NCBI GenBank assembly: GCA_049724395.1
Contig: JAUGWO010000015.1
Coordinates: forward strand, 1-64,000
From: Spongospora subterranea f. sp. subterranea
Taxonomy: Eukaryota
Direction: 5' to 3'
Length of the DNA stretch: 64,000 bases
Part shown: in pieces, positions 24,828-36,432 of the stretch
How positions within the stretch are numbered: the stretch's first letter is position 1
How the letters are laid out: each line of letters opens with the position of its first letter
Position numbers and translations under genes: made by a program
The notes under the pieces: generated by a model
What the model was told of the DNA's origin: nothing
Database searches by the model: none
The model's input: only the letters and a program-made list of their open reading frames with translations

Positions 24828-26891
24828 TCAGAACTCATAATCTGTGTCAGGCATCGATTCATCCCCTTTTTCACCCCCGTTCAACATCATTTTCTTCCTT
24901 TTGATTGCGTTCAAACCGGGTCTTTTTATCTTGTAAGCTGTGGATTCTCGGAGCGGCATCGAACTCTGGTATATACTCGAAGAGGTATTTGAAGACGCGT
25001 ATGGTAATATTGACGTTGAGAAAAAAATCTGAGGAGCACTAGACGAAGCCCCGTGTGGCTGGCGCGACAAATCCCTCACGTCAGTCATCGCTTCATGCAT
25101 GCGCAGATTGCGATCTTTGCTCCCGCGACATTGATGAAAAACAAAAGTCGTTACAAGCACGGTCAATATAATGGCGCTAACAATAAAAAGCACTGTGTAC
25201 CATTCCCTGACGAAAACATTCGAGATTAACTAGCGATCTGCCGACAAATGAGGTATTACCCGAAAGTTCCCATCTCTGAATTTGATGGTGTCGATGGGCA
25301 AGGAGAATCACTATCAACGTACAATTGACCGCCGCATGACGTCACTGAGCCATAACTGTATAAAATATCTTTTGCCTGATTGAAATACTTGGTCACCGTT
25401 CCGCTCCTAAACAGTTTGTCAACACCATTTTGAAAAATAGACGCAGAGAAGAGTATACGTTCGGAACGGACTGGACGCATTCCTGCTTTGAATCCTGAGA
25501 GTATCGACTGCCTGATCAGCAGCCGCATCCTGTCCTGGCTCATTTACTAAAATATCTGTCTGGACCAACGTGGTGTGTGCGGATCCTTGTCCTAGTTGGA
25601 CGTTTACAATTCGCTCAGCAGGAATTCCTGTAATATGATTGATATCATATTGAATCCCATTGATTAGCATTGATCGGGTTGAGTCTGTCATCGTTGTGTA
25701 GTTCAGTATCAAACTAAACAGCAGTCTTCGAGTGAGCAATGGAGCGTTTGGAGCATTGCTTCCAGCAGACTGACTGTCGGATAACCTGATAAACGCCAAC
25801 CCGATCAGCAAATCAAACAGCGAAGAGTGAACTAAGCTTACGAAACGAACAGGCAATGCGGCAGTCAGGGAAGCTGGTCGATCTAAAGCCGATTGACATA
25901 TCGATATGGGCCATGGTCTTAATGTGATATTGCCAATTGAATGACGAGATAATGGGATGCAGCCCACCGAGGTGTTAGACACATCACTGTGAACAGACCG
26001 GTAACACAACACACACAGACACACATTAGATCACGATACACCCGACTGCAGTCGTAACGTGTGGGGAACAGTACAGGTGTGATAAGTGGTGAAGATTGGC
26101 GAAGGCGAAAGGAGATATCGACCGCAACGACGGGATATCGTTCAGGCGACTATAAAAACAGGATCAGTTCAATCTAATCTTCAAATACTGGCTATAAAGG
26201 ATAAGCGAAATTGAAGTGGAAAAGAACATTGAAAATATTACAGGTCACGTAGCGCCCACGATGATGAAGTTGAGGTCCTGAACATGTCATCTGGCACAAC
26301 GCTTAGCGGGATATGATCCATCTTCCTATGATGGGAAAAACAAATATTATCGTATGATGCCATCTGCATGGTAATGCTCATACAGTATCTGTAATGATGA
26401 GACGAGATCGGATGGAGAACCTTTGATGGAAGCTCATAAAGGTTCGTTGACCCAACATCCAGCACCTCCAATAATCTTTGATGTATGAACGTTTCAGGAA
26501 TAAATCCAGTGATCGGATTGTGATCTAGCAAGGCGATCCGAAGATTTGGTAGACAAGCAAAGAGAGGATGTATTTCGTGTCCGTCAAGTTGATTTTGAGA
26601 TAAAATCAGCATCTCCAGATCCGAAACACGCTTTGGACTCCCGTGAATCAGATTTGTGTTATAAGACGTCGTTATGTTAGGACCGATATAATTTAGAAAA
26701 GGACACGAGCACAGCATTGTGACATCATGGTCATATAGGCCATGGTCAGACAAATTTAAACCAAACACCGAGGAGCCTTCATAGGTTATTAAATCGCTCG
26801 ACAATTGGTCGCATACTAACTCCGATCCCGTTGACTGTATAGCAACAAAAAATAAGGCGATGGAGAAAGCTGCCTCATACAATACTATCAT
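24828..26891 (-). CDS. Signal peptide + leucine-rich repeats + single TM + short cytoplasmic tail (receptor-like protein), multi-exon
   Basis: Hydrophobic N-terminus; LRR motifs LNLSDHGL, LEMLILSQNQL, LRIALLDHNPI, LEVLDVGSTNL; TM LFIVSAIILTVLVTTFVF in the last exon. Joining of the exons is inferred. Confidence 0.65.
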
Positions 26892-27232
26892 GGACGTTGT
26901 GATAAATTGAGAGTAGGAACTGCCGAGACACGTGCCATTGACGGTCCTCCACCAGCAAATATCAATAGAAAAATCGAATCAGTTGTGGTCGGCAAAGAAT
27001 ACCTCATGGACGATGACTAATCAAAATAAAACAAGGGATAATGATAAATTTCACAGATAACGTTAGATCACACATTACGACAGAGACAATCGAATCAAAA
27101 CAAAAGTTGTGTGGCAGAAACTTCAGAAGCACGGTGGCTTGCCCGATAAACCACTACATTAGTGGAGTCTGATAAAGTAAACAGACGCTGAACAAATGGA
27201 GAATTGATAGATTTGCAAGAGTTTAATGAGGT

Positions 27233-27815
27233 TTAAGCTTTGGTCGGGAACATAAATTCGATATTCTTGTATGTAAGCTTACGGTAGACGGCAGCGAAAG
27301 TAGCGAGCTTGTAGTCAACGTTGACAGCCTCCTGAGGGTCCAAATACACTTTCATCAACTTGCTACCATCAAGTCGGAACCGGATGCGCTTGCCAACGAT
27401 CTCAGTTGGGTAAACAACATCGTTGAGGATAGCTTCATGGACAGCCTGGACCGTGCGGGAACGAGGACGCATGGCGCCCTTCGATTTACGGGAGTATCCA
27501 GGAACCGAGAACAGTTCGCTGGGCGATGAAAATGATATGCTTGTTGGTGAACTTCTTCTCAAGTTCCCGAATCAGACGAGACTGGACCTTCTTGACCTGC
27601 GCCTGAAGAACATAGGGAATGAAAATGACAATGGCCTTCTTTCCTTCGTCAACGGCAATCTCCTTGGCGGCAACAAAGTAAATATCCTGAAGATCAGCTT
27701 TCAGGTCCTTGGAAGAAGCCTCAAGGTCGACAAAGGCCTGAGCCAATGCCGATTCGAGCTCAGTAGGCTCTTTGCCGCCTTTCTTCAGCAGTTTCTTGGA
27801 GGTAACGGCCGCCAT
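27233..27815 (-). CDS. RPS7: 40S ribosomal protein S7 (eS7) with one apparent 1-nt insertion at ~27503
   Basis: [10 protein letters not shown]...[10 protein letters not shown]...IFIAQR in one frame and [30 protein letters not shown]...[14 protein letters not shown] in the next. Removing one T from CTCGGTTCCTGGA joins them. Confidence 0.95.
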
Positions 27816-28293
27816 TGTCGAAGGAAGGTAGTGTGCGATGACAAGGACTGACAAGTCCGTGGCGGCATTGATATCGGACTCTCGGTAAATAGGGGACTGT
27901 ACCATATACACATTTGGGCACCCCGTCTTGACAATGCCAGAACCGCTTGTGCTCAGGGAGAATCAACGAGGGTCTGTCCCCCCCTGCCCCTAATGGCATT
28001 TGGATTCTGGCGGCCAACCTTCCATACGGAAATCACGCTAGGATTAACTTATCTTTTGGTGTAGTGTGTGGCGTTAGTAAAATGACTGTACTTTGATAAT
28101 GATTTGTCAAAACATTCACATACACACGTTAGTTGAAAATCCAATCATTTGAAGGTCAAAGTTTTTCCGTTTAAGTTTGTCTTGCCGTTTTTTCAATCAG
28201 CGAGTCACTTTTCATTTACTACGCAATGGACAAGGTTTGTTTTTTATATAAATACGATGTGCGCATACATTTTAATAAATAATTATATTGTGA

Positions 28294-28659
28294 TCATGCG
28301 CTGGATTGTGTATACTTGGTTACTGCTTTAGTACCTTCCGAGACGGCGTGCTTAGCAAGCTCACCAGGAAGGATGAGGCGTACTGCAGTCTGAATCTCGC
28401 GAGACGACAATGTAGACTTGCTGTTGTACCGAGCAAGACGACCAGCTTCGCCACCAATGCGCTCAAAAATGTCGTTGATGAAGGAATTCATGATGGACAT
28501 CGCTCGCTTAGATATACCAGTATCAGGGTGAACCTGCTTGAGAACCTTGTAGATGTAGGTCGAGTACGATTCAATACGCTTCTTGTTGCGCTTGCTTCCC
28601 TTGGTCGGTTGCTTGGCGGTCTTGCCTGATGGGGCGGTCGGTCCTTTCTTAGGCGGCAT
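28294..28659 (-). CDS. H2B: Histone H2B, intronless
   Basis: Canonical [21 protein letters not shown]...[20 protein letters not shown]. Confidence 0.99.
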   Translation of the reverse strand: MPPKKGPTAPSGKTAKQPTKGSKRNKKRIESYSTYIYKVLKQVHPDTGISKRAMSIMNSFINDIFERIGGEAGRLARYNSKSTLSSREIQTAVRLILPGELAKHAVSEGTKAVTKYTQSSA

Positions 28660-29784
28660 CTGTATTACAAATGTATGAAGTTGAAACCCGACGATAATCC
28701 GATCAATAGAAGAATGACAGAAAGATGCGCACGGAGGAGAACCTGATTATGTGTCGGTCGAAACCGCGCTGGACAATGACTTTGTCCAGTCCCCGTTGGC
28801 CACTCACTGGTGTACACTCAGAATGCGCGCCAAATATTCGCCATGGCAGTGGAGCGATCTGGACTATGATCTGCCCAATCAGATAGCTGGCTTCCTGCTG
28901 TGTGGACGCTGACTCTGCAGCGATCACTATTTCCTCCAAATGTCAATGTGCAAATGTTTCTCAGCCTTCGTTGAAAAAAGTTGAACCTGTCAATTAAAAG
29001 CTCGGAAGGAAAACACAGCTCTCTCCCCTGGTGTAAAATGTAATCGTACCCCATTTGTCGCAGCGTGCAGCCTCTGGTCCAATATAAGATTATAAGTGAT
29101 TCAGGTTTCTCAAAGTGCATTTTTTTTTCAATACATGTCAAAGTCCTCACAAATTTGGATATTTTTGCCTCCCGTTGGTTAAACATTTACTTGCACGTTG
29201 CGAATAATCATGAGAGACATTCAGCGAATGCCCTTTCATTCACCGTCTAACGAGGTTCAATCTGTATACGACTGGGAGCGCAGGCGCTGCTTTGTCCATT
29301 GGTTCTGCTCGTCGACGGAATGATCAACCGCCACCAGCAGTTTATATTTGGGATAAAACGTTTGTTGTCTGATCCAACATGGCTGGGAAGAATACGTCGT
29401 ATATTCATACATTTCATATCACATACGCTCATGGCGTCAGCCCAATATCCACCATATGAGCTAACCGCCCATGTTTCAACAACGACATGAATCCCATGCG
29501 GATAGCGCCATGAAGCGATGATGCCCAACCAGAAACCGGTTGTATTTCGCTCAAAACCGTCATTGTCATTCCTGGCCGATCGTTCATTTGCCTCTTTTTG
29601 AGACCAGGGTTGAATCAGAAACCCAGTATCACGCCTTCTGGAATTCGCCAAAACGATTCTTTTGGTTTCGCCCTCAACATTGTTTCTGTCTATGACGAGT
29701 GATCCCACGTGAACTGCATTCGTCACATTATCGTCGGCCGCTGAAAGCCCAATAACCTCGCTGCCGGCCCAAATCTAACGCATC

Positions 29785-32700
29785 ATGTCGTCGGCGATGT
29801 GTTTAATGCCATTGTCGAGGAATCCGGGCGGGCTGAGCTCCAAGGCCATGAAAACCATGGGCCTATCAGCGCAGAGCCTGTTCGAGAACTTCATGGGCGC
29901 CAAGAACGGTATACTGACCCGACAGGAATACCATATTTTCTGGAGCGCCATCTCTGGGCCAGAGAATTCCAAGGAAACGCTCCTGATTCTGCGACAGTTC
30001 ATCAAATGGTTCACAGAGGTAGTCGATCGAAATCCGCAAACCCGATCTGTTGATCTGAACCGGCCCATGGGCAGATGTCGACCGATGGCTCGAAAAAGGT
30101 CCCCGATTATACGATGCAAGGGGCGCTCAACACGATATTCTTCATCTCCCTCTATCTACCGGTATTCCCCGACACGCTGGTCAAGAAGATGATCATCAAT
30201 TGGGCCGGGCAACTGGGCGAATTCCGCAAGGACGCCCCGATCGCCGGATACGACCTGGTCGTGTCCGTCCTGAAAGCCAGATTGTGTGAGAATACCGATG
30301 CGTTGGATGGTTTGATAGCGAATCTGCATATCATGCACAGCAAAGAGGTATTTTTCTGCCGATCTGGTCTTTGTAGCATTGTCCTTCTGACTTGACCCAT
30401 TTTCCCGATAAGACCTTCCAACTGATCGCCGACGAATCCATAACAACCTTCCAAAAGCGAGATTTCCTATCGCAATCGTTTCCTTTTATCTATGCGTTTA
30501 TTCTGGCACAATGTAAAGAGAAGGTGGTCGATCGTTGAACCCTGACCTCATCAGCAAATAATGTGGAGATTTGTGTACAGAATACCCGATTAAGAGTATT
30601 CGATATCATCCTTTACCAGTTCCAGCTGGTTCAGGCCCAACCATTCTCCTTAGAGCAGCAGCATTCGGTTCTGGCGCTACTTCATCTCCTCCGTTCAATG
30701 CTCTTATACGTGAGTTGCCATCCCCCCGTCCACGTCTGCATCTGATCAATCGTATTCCTATTTGCCGTTTGTGAAAGTGGAGGGCGCCGACCGGCCCATT
30801 CCTTCAAACAGCCATCGAGAGAGTGATCCCGTTCTTCTCATGGCCATGCCCATACTCATCCGTCGCCCGGCGCGTATTACTGATGCTGAAACAGGAGATG
30901 TTGGCGCCAGGAAACTCAGTCTTGGAGCGATTCGCCAGTGAAAGTCGCGTCCCTGAGACCAGCCAGGTTATCAACGGGGAGATGCACAGGTTCTCCACAG
31001 CTATTACTGCCACGAACCCGACTCACATTGCTGGAATTTCCACAGATCAAGGCCCATCTTCTACATCGTCGACGCGAGTTGCTCTTTATCCAGCAACTTC
31101 TGCCATATCATCAACCTGTTTGACGCCGATCTGTATATTGATGGCGATAATAAGATGTTCGCCTCGGGATTATCGACCGAGGTCCAAGCCATGTTATTAC
31201 TAAGTTAGGTTTCGTTTTGTGCCGAATTCGGTTCGGCTGTTTCCGGGGGGCAAATGGACTGATTCAGCAGACGCGTCTGTCCAGATATCATCCACTCGCC
31301 CAGCGCCCCGATCGATCCCAATGACGTCTACAAGATCACCGAGGAAGACGTCTGTGCTGCTGTTCGGTCAAACGGTGAATATTCTCCAGGAATCCCTCGA
31401 TATGTAATCCTATTTCCATGTCGTTCAACGCGGCGATCGTCCGTTCCAGCTCAAACTTCCCTTGTCAGATCGCCCGAAGACGCCGTCTCCCACCGCGAGC
31501 GTAATTTCGCTCTGATTCGAACCCAGTTCGCCAAGATCGCCAGGTCTAACGAGAGTCGTGGGATCGTTAGTGATCTGTCTCTACCGTCAACGCTGTCGCC
31601 AAGTTTGATGCCATCGCTCCCCGAAATCGCCCATGTTCATTGGCTCGTCAGCCGTGATTACATCTTCCCAACTGCTGAAACCATATCCCAGCTCGGGTTT
31701 ACTGAATTCGCCTGACCAACTCGGCCCCCCTGATCCGTTTTTGTGATTCTCAGGTTCGTCCCGTTCCCTAAGACCCCGCTCCTCGACAAGATCGAGAAGA
31801 TCCTGCGGCTGTACGAGGCGTTCGCCGACGCCCAAGACCCTGTGGAAGTTCGCTTGTGCATTGCCGGGTCGGATTCCATAATCCATCAGGTGGCGACCGC
31901 CTATCTGGAGCTGATGACCAGGGAGAGCGAACCGTTAAAGGGGATCATGCTCAGGTGAATATTTCCATGTTTTCCGTTCCGCCCGAACATGTCGCCCAGA
32001 TTCCCCGTTCCAGGTTCTTCCTGATCCCGTTTCGCAACAGTATTCTGGCGTCGTATATCGCCCGATACGATAGCTGGTACAATCGGCAACTATACGTCCC
32101 GTTGATCAACAGATATTTCCTGGTGCCGGCCATGTCAGAGGAGGATCCCGTCTTCAACGACATCAAACCCGACGACACGATAACGCCATTTGGCCATCTT
32201 CTACAGTCCAATATCGAGAGCTATGTTCGTGAAGCCGAATACTCATTACCTGTGAAACTATTCCAGATCCACGGTCGGTGGTCGGTATTTGGCAATGTTC
32301 GATTCCGTCAACAGAGTCTGTTGCAGCTTGGCGACGTTTATCGGCTGAAGAAGGCCCAGCCGATCTGGTCGTCCCCCTGGTCCAGAAAGCGGAGGTCGGT
32401 CGCGTTGCGAACGCGATGCTGTTTAAGACGGCGTCAAGTCTTGGAACAATGGCGTCGCTACGGGACGTCAAAGAGATATTTCGCGATAAGGTCGGGCACT
32501 GCCGCCCGAACGTCCTGCGCGCCGATATTGACGCCGGCCATCTGTAGGATTTCAGCTATACGCCGTTCGACTTCAATGTCCAGATGACAAGGGTCGACCT
32601 GTTCGGCAACCCCAACGTCGAGGATCAGCGGCGACAGAGCACAATCAGGGAAGAGCCGATACCGTTCGATCGGATCTCGATCGCCAATGTGCCGTCCGCC

Positions 32701-33062
32701 GATGACCCGACATTTCCCGCCAATCCCAAGGATCCTTGGCTTGAGGTATGTGGTTATCGCCAGCGGTTGTTGTCCTCCCCCGAACATGACGCGCGCAACG
32801 TGATTCTCATCGCCAGGTGTTCGCGAAAGTGTCGGAGCACAAAGCCAAGCTCAAGAACAAGTACTCGTTCCTGATCCAGGAGCCATTGCAGCACGTCAGC
32901 TTCCTGAAGCTGACGTCGGCCAGGGACGATCAACCGTTCCGGATCATCGTCGATGGGGAATCGTTCGGCCCGTTCAAGAAGATACAGATATCACGCGTTG
33001 ACGACAGAAGTCAGAAACAGCTCTCGTTGACGATTGGGACATTCTTCCCTATACAATCTTAA
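29785..33062 (+). CDS. PI3K-gamma regulatory subunit (p101/p84; PIK3R5/6)-like protein, multi-exon
   Basis: Collinear motifs FFSWPCPYSSVARRVLLMLKQEMLAPG; VRLCIAGSDSIIHQVATAY; LRFFLIP; LASYIARYDSWYNR; SYVREAEYSLPVKLFQ; PFRIIVD...LSLTIGTF. Recalled p101 counterparts: LTWPVPYCS...ELKAPG; RVVVFGSDRISGKVARAY; LQFFYVP; YLGMLDPWYER; YYCRFAARPVLLQVYQ; PFAVCLD...LPIMTF. Confidence 0.75.
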
Positions 33063-33930
33063 ACCCATCGATTCCTGCTTTTCTCAATACAGAGCCCGTT
33101 AGCATTTCCAACATACGCTCCCTTGAAAACCAAATTTATTCGCAGAATGTTTTCAGTGGATCATCCTAGTTCTAGATGGCCAAACCCGATCACACAACCG
33201 ACGATGATGAAAGTTGCAAAGATTGGCGTTTCTGAATTGTTCACGCCTTGGGGCTTTACCCTCATTAACCTAATGATAACATTGGAAACAGACACCGACG
33301 CCATTCTTGAGGTAGCGGCAAAGGGGCACCGATCAAAAACCCTCGCTCACGAGAAAATTCGCGTCCATCTTCATTCAGGGCAACAAGCGTACGGTCCACT
33401 CGTTTGATGATCCTTTCCCAGTGCGCGTTCGGTCTGATGACGCCAGAGTCGTCTGAATTCACTGTTGGTTTCTTTGCGCCAAACTGTTCACCATTTCCAG
33501 CTCCAGCACCTGTACAGTATTTGTAGGAAGAGCAAGGAAAGAGTGATCAGGTTCGAAAAGGTCAAGTGAAGAAGGATTGATACTGATCAAAGAACAAGCT
33601 GCGAGCAGAAAATCCAAAGATATCCCCACAAAGGGAATGGGTCATTAAATAGCAATTGTCGATATAATTCCCGTCGCAACGATGATCAAACTGCCTAATA
33701 TTCAACATACCCCGAATCTGGATCATTATTACTCAAATATCCCAAAACCGCAGTTTCAAAAACTACAGCGGTTGTGAAATCGGGGATCCTTCAATCAATT
33801 TCGACAATCACTTGCGTATCAAGGGCAAACCTTGGCAATGCTCCTTCAAGAACATGTACCCCCGCTCAAACAGGCATTGAATACGCGATGTTTAAGAATG
33901 ATGTTGTTCATATCAGCGACCCGTCGAAGG

Positions 33931-34693
33931 TCATTGCCATGTGCCGTCCTGTCGTGTGACCTCTCAGCTCACGATCGGATCCCAACCGAAGAGAAGTCAC
34001 TTGTTATCGACACTAGGATGGACCGTAAAAGCGAAGCAGAAGCAGTAAAACTTACACCAATCGCCTCATTGTTGAGAGCAGTTAAACTTACACCATTCGC
34101 CTTCTTGTTGAGAGCAGTTGAACTTACACCATTCGCCTTTTTGTTGAGAGCAGTTAAACTTACACCATTCGCCTTCTTGTTGAGAGCAGTTGAACTTACA
34201 CCATTCGCCTTTTTGTTGAGAGCAGTTGAACTTACACCATTCGCCTTTTTGTTGAGAGCAGTTAAACTTACACCAATGCGGGTATGATCGCACCATCCCT
34301 CTCATGTGACAGGCTTTGATCACGTCGCTCAACACCACAACGAGTGCCTGGATTTTTTCAGGCGCAAAACGCCGCCAATAATCTTCATATATCGTCGTTG
34401 AACCAATTCCGTTCTGTGCCTAGAGGTGGTGACAAAATTCCCACGCCGTGAAATACGGAACCGTCGGCTGCAAACTGTCCCTCGACAAAGTCTTGCAGAT
34501 CTTTCAAATCAACACCGATAGAGATTTTGTGCGGTTCAAAAATCGTTCAATTTCAGCAGAGGTTCTTAACACAAAGGCGAATGGTGTAGGGGTTAACTGC
34601 TTCGCTTTTACGGTCCCATCCTTTTTGTAGAAAACAAAGTGACTTGAGATTGGCATTTATCCGGTCGAACCACAGAACGGCACATAGCAATGA
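33931..34693. repeat. Inverted duplication; arms ~33931-34077 and ~34563-34693
   Basis: TCATTGCCATGTGCCGT...AAGTCACTT...GGACCGTAAAAGCGAAGCAG...TACACCA.TCGCCT matches the reverse complement of the right arm. Confidence 0.88.
34042..34277 (+). repeat. 36-bp minisatellite, 6 full units plus a 20-bp partial unit
   Basis: Unit GCAGTT(A/G)AACTTACACCATTCGCCTT(C/T)TTGTTGAGA, head-to-tail with no spacers. Confidence 0.97.
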
Positions 34694-36432
34694 AAAAAAC
34701 ATGTAAAAACAATGACCCAGCCGCTAAAACGAAAACAATTACGACAACATATATTGTTGGGTTTTGATCGTTTCAAATCCCAATTTCATTGAAGAGAAAA
34801 CATCGCTATATTTACCCGAAGACGTCGAACTTCATGGACCGGATATTGATGGAGAAGCAACATCGAGGATTGAGTGCCATGTGCAATGCCCAGTCTTCGT
34901 ATCGGAGCTGTCGTAGTTGTTCGCGGTTGCGTTCATCCCATATGCGAGCATTGGATCATGAAGTTTTTGAACGTCAGTTCTGGTCACATGAGCATACCCA
35001 CATCTTGAAGGTGTATTTTGTATTGACACAAACGATTCGCAACGATAAGAAGGAGACTGCGAGAGGGAATTGGTTTCACATCCACTGAAATAATGAATGT
35101 ACTGTGGTATCAGATATTGAAGGTTTATCCTCATATACTATCTTAGCGTTAATAAACCCCATTGATATTATGCAGTCGGGAATAAAAAGTATTAAATCAT
35201 TGGATAAAGCGCACTGCCGCTAGGCAATATCTGGGACCACACTACAATCAGTATTCCGTTTGTCCAACCTCATCGTTTGGACTCTGAATTCATCGACGTA
35301 ATTTCCGTGGCGGATGGCGCAAATGTCACGGAGTCCGTGAATTACTGTTACACTCGTCTCGACTAACATTAGCGCTCCATCATACTACAGTCGTGTGTGT
35401 GCACAGCCGATTTCTGGAACATTGAGATTTAGTGTCAGAATATGTTGACGAGCCCAGCCGAGATTGGTTCCCATGGTAGCCAATCAAGATGGGAAGCGTA
35501 ATGTTATTTGAACGGCAATAACGTTATCGGAGGGCAAACACGCAGGAGGTATTCGCCAAGATGACCAAGATATACCCGGATTAGTGCGTTAAGATGAGGG
35601 ACGATGGCTCAATCGAAAGGACGCGTTGAGAATTTCCTTATTTTTGTGAATTCAAAACTCCTCTTTAGCGGTGCCATTTGTCGGTGCACAATTAGCAGTC
35701 TGCAGGCAAAAACGACAAAGACGCTGTCTTCAACACTAGTTTTTGATTAATTACAAACGAGGACCCGATTCCCCCTTTCGCGAGTGGTCAACGCCAGCTG
35801 ACTTGATATGCGAAGATTGTGTGGTTGAAGCTATCCATGAGGTCGTTGCCCCAGAGCTCATTAGAGCTATGTTTGGTGTTTTTTGGGGTATGAATTGCCA
35901 ATTGTTCTCAGAATAATGGCATTTTTTTTCGGGAATCCCCTATTCCATGGTTCTTGGGGCTCCGACGCGGAATACTTGATTTTGCTGAGATACCGTATGG
36001 AATTATTTTTGAGGAATGTTGGCACATTCTATCCCACCCCACTGATCACCAAGCGTACGGGTTCGAGCGCTGGATCCCCAATTGAGCCCTGGCGTAACCA
36101 GCATGGCTACTTGAGAACAGGGAATGGTGTATAGCTGAATCTGGGTTTGAGCAAACTACCGACTTGCCCCATTACCTGAATCTGAATCCGTTTAATCCCC
36201 CCGAAACCCGCTGTGCTTGTTTCCAGGGTTCACATACTTTTTGAAGAACTGTCAATCTATGAGTTCATCGCCACCGAAATCTCGATAGTGATTCCACGCA
36301 AATCCATATCACAATCCCCAACAAAATGGCCAAGTTTCACTCACCAAAAATGAACAACAAAAGCAGCACAAACTCGAAATGGATATTGGTGGTTGTCGTT
36401 GATCCACTCTATCGATTCGGGATGCGGTTCCG

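Noticed and set aside
28700..29750. H2A gene divergent from H2B
   Set aside because: No H2A motifs in any frame; only unassignable short ORFs.
34042..34277. 36-bp repeats as a CRISPR array
   Set aside because: The units are contiguous with no spacers, there are no cas genes, and the context is eukaryotic.
33832..34338. Repetitive ORFs (AVKLTPFAFLLR; WCKFNCSQQKGE) as proteins
   Set aside because: Open frames follow from a stop-free unit whose length is divisible by three; no other coding evidence.
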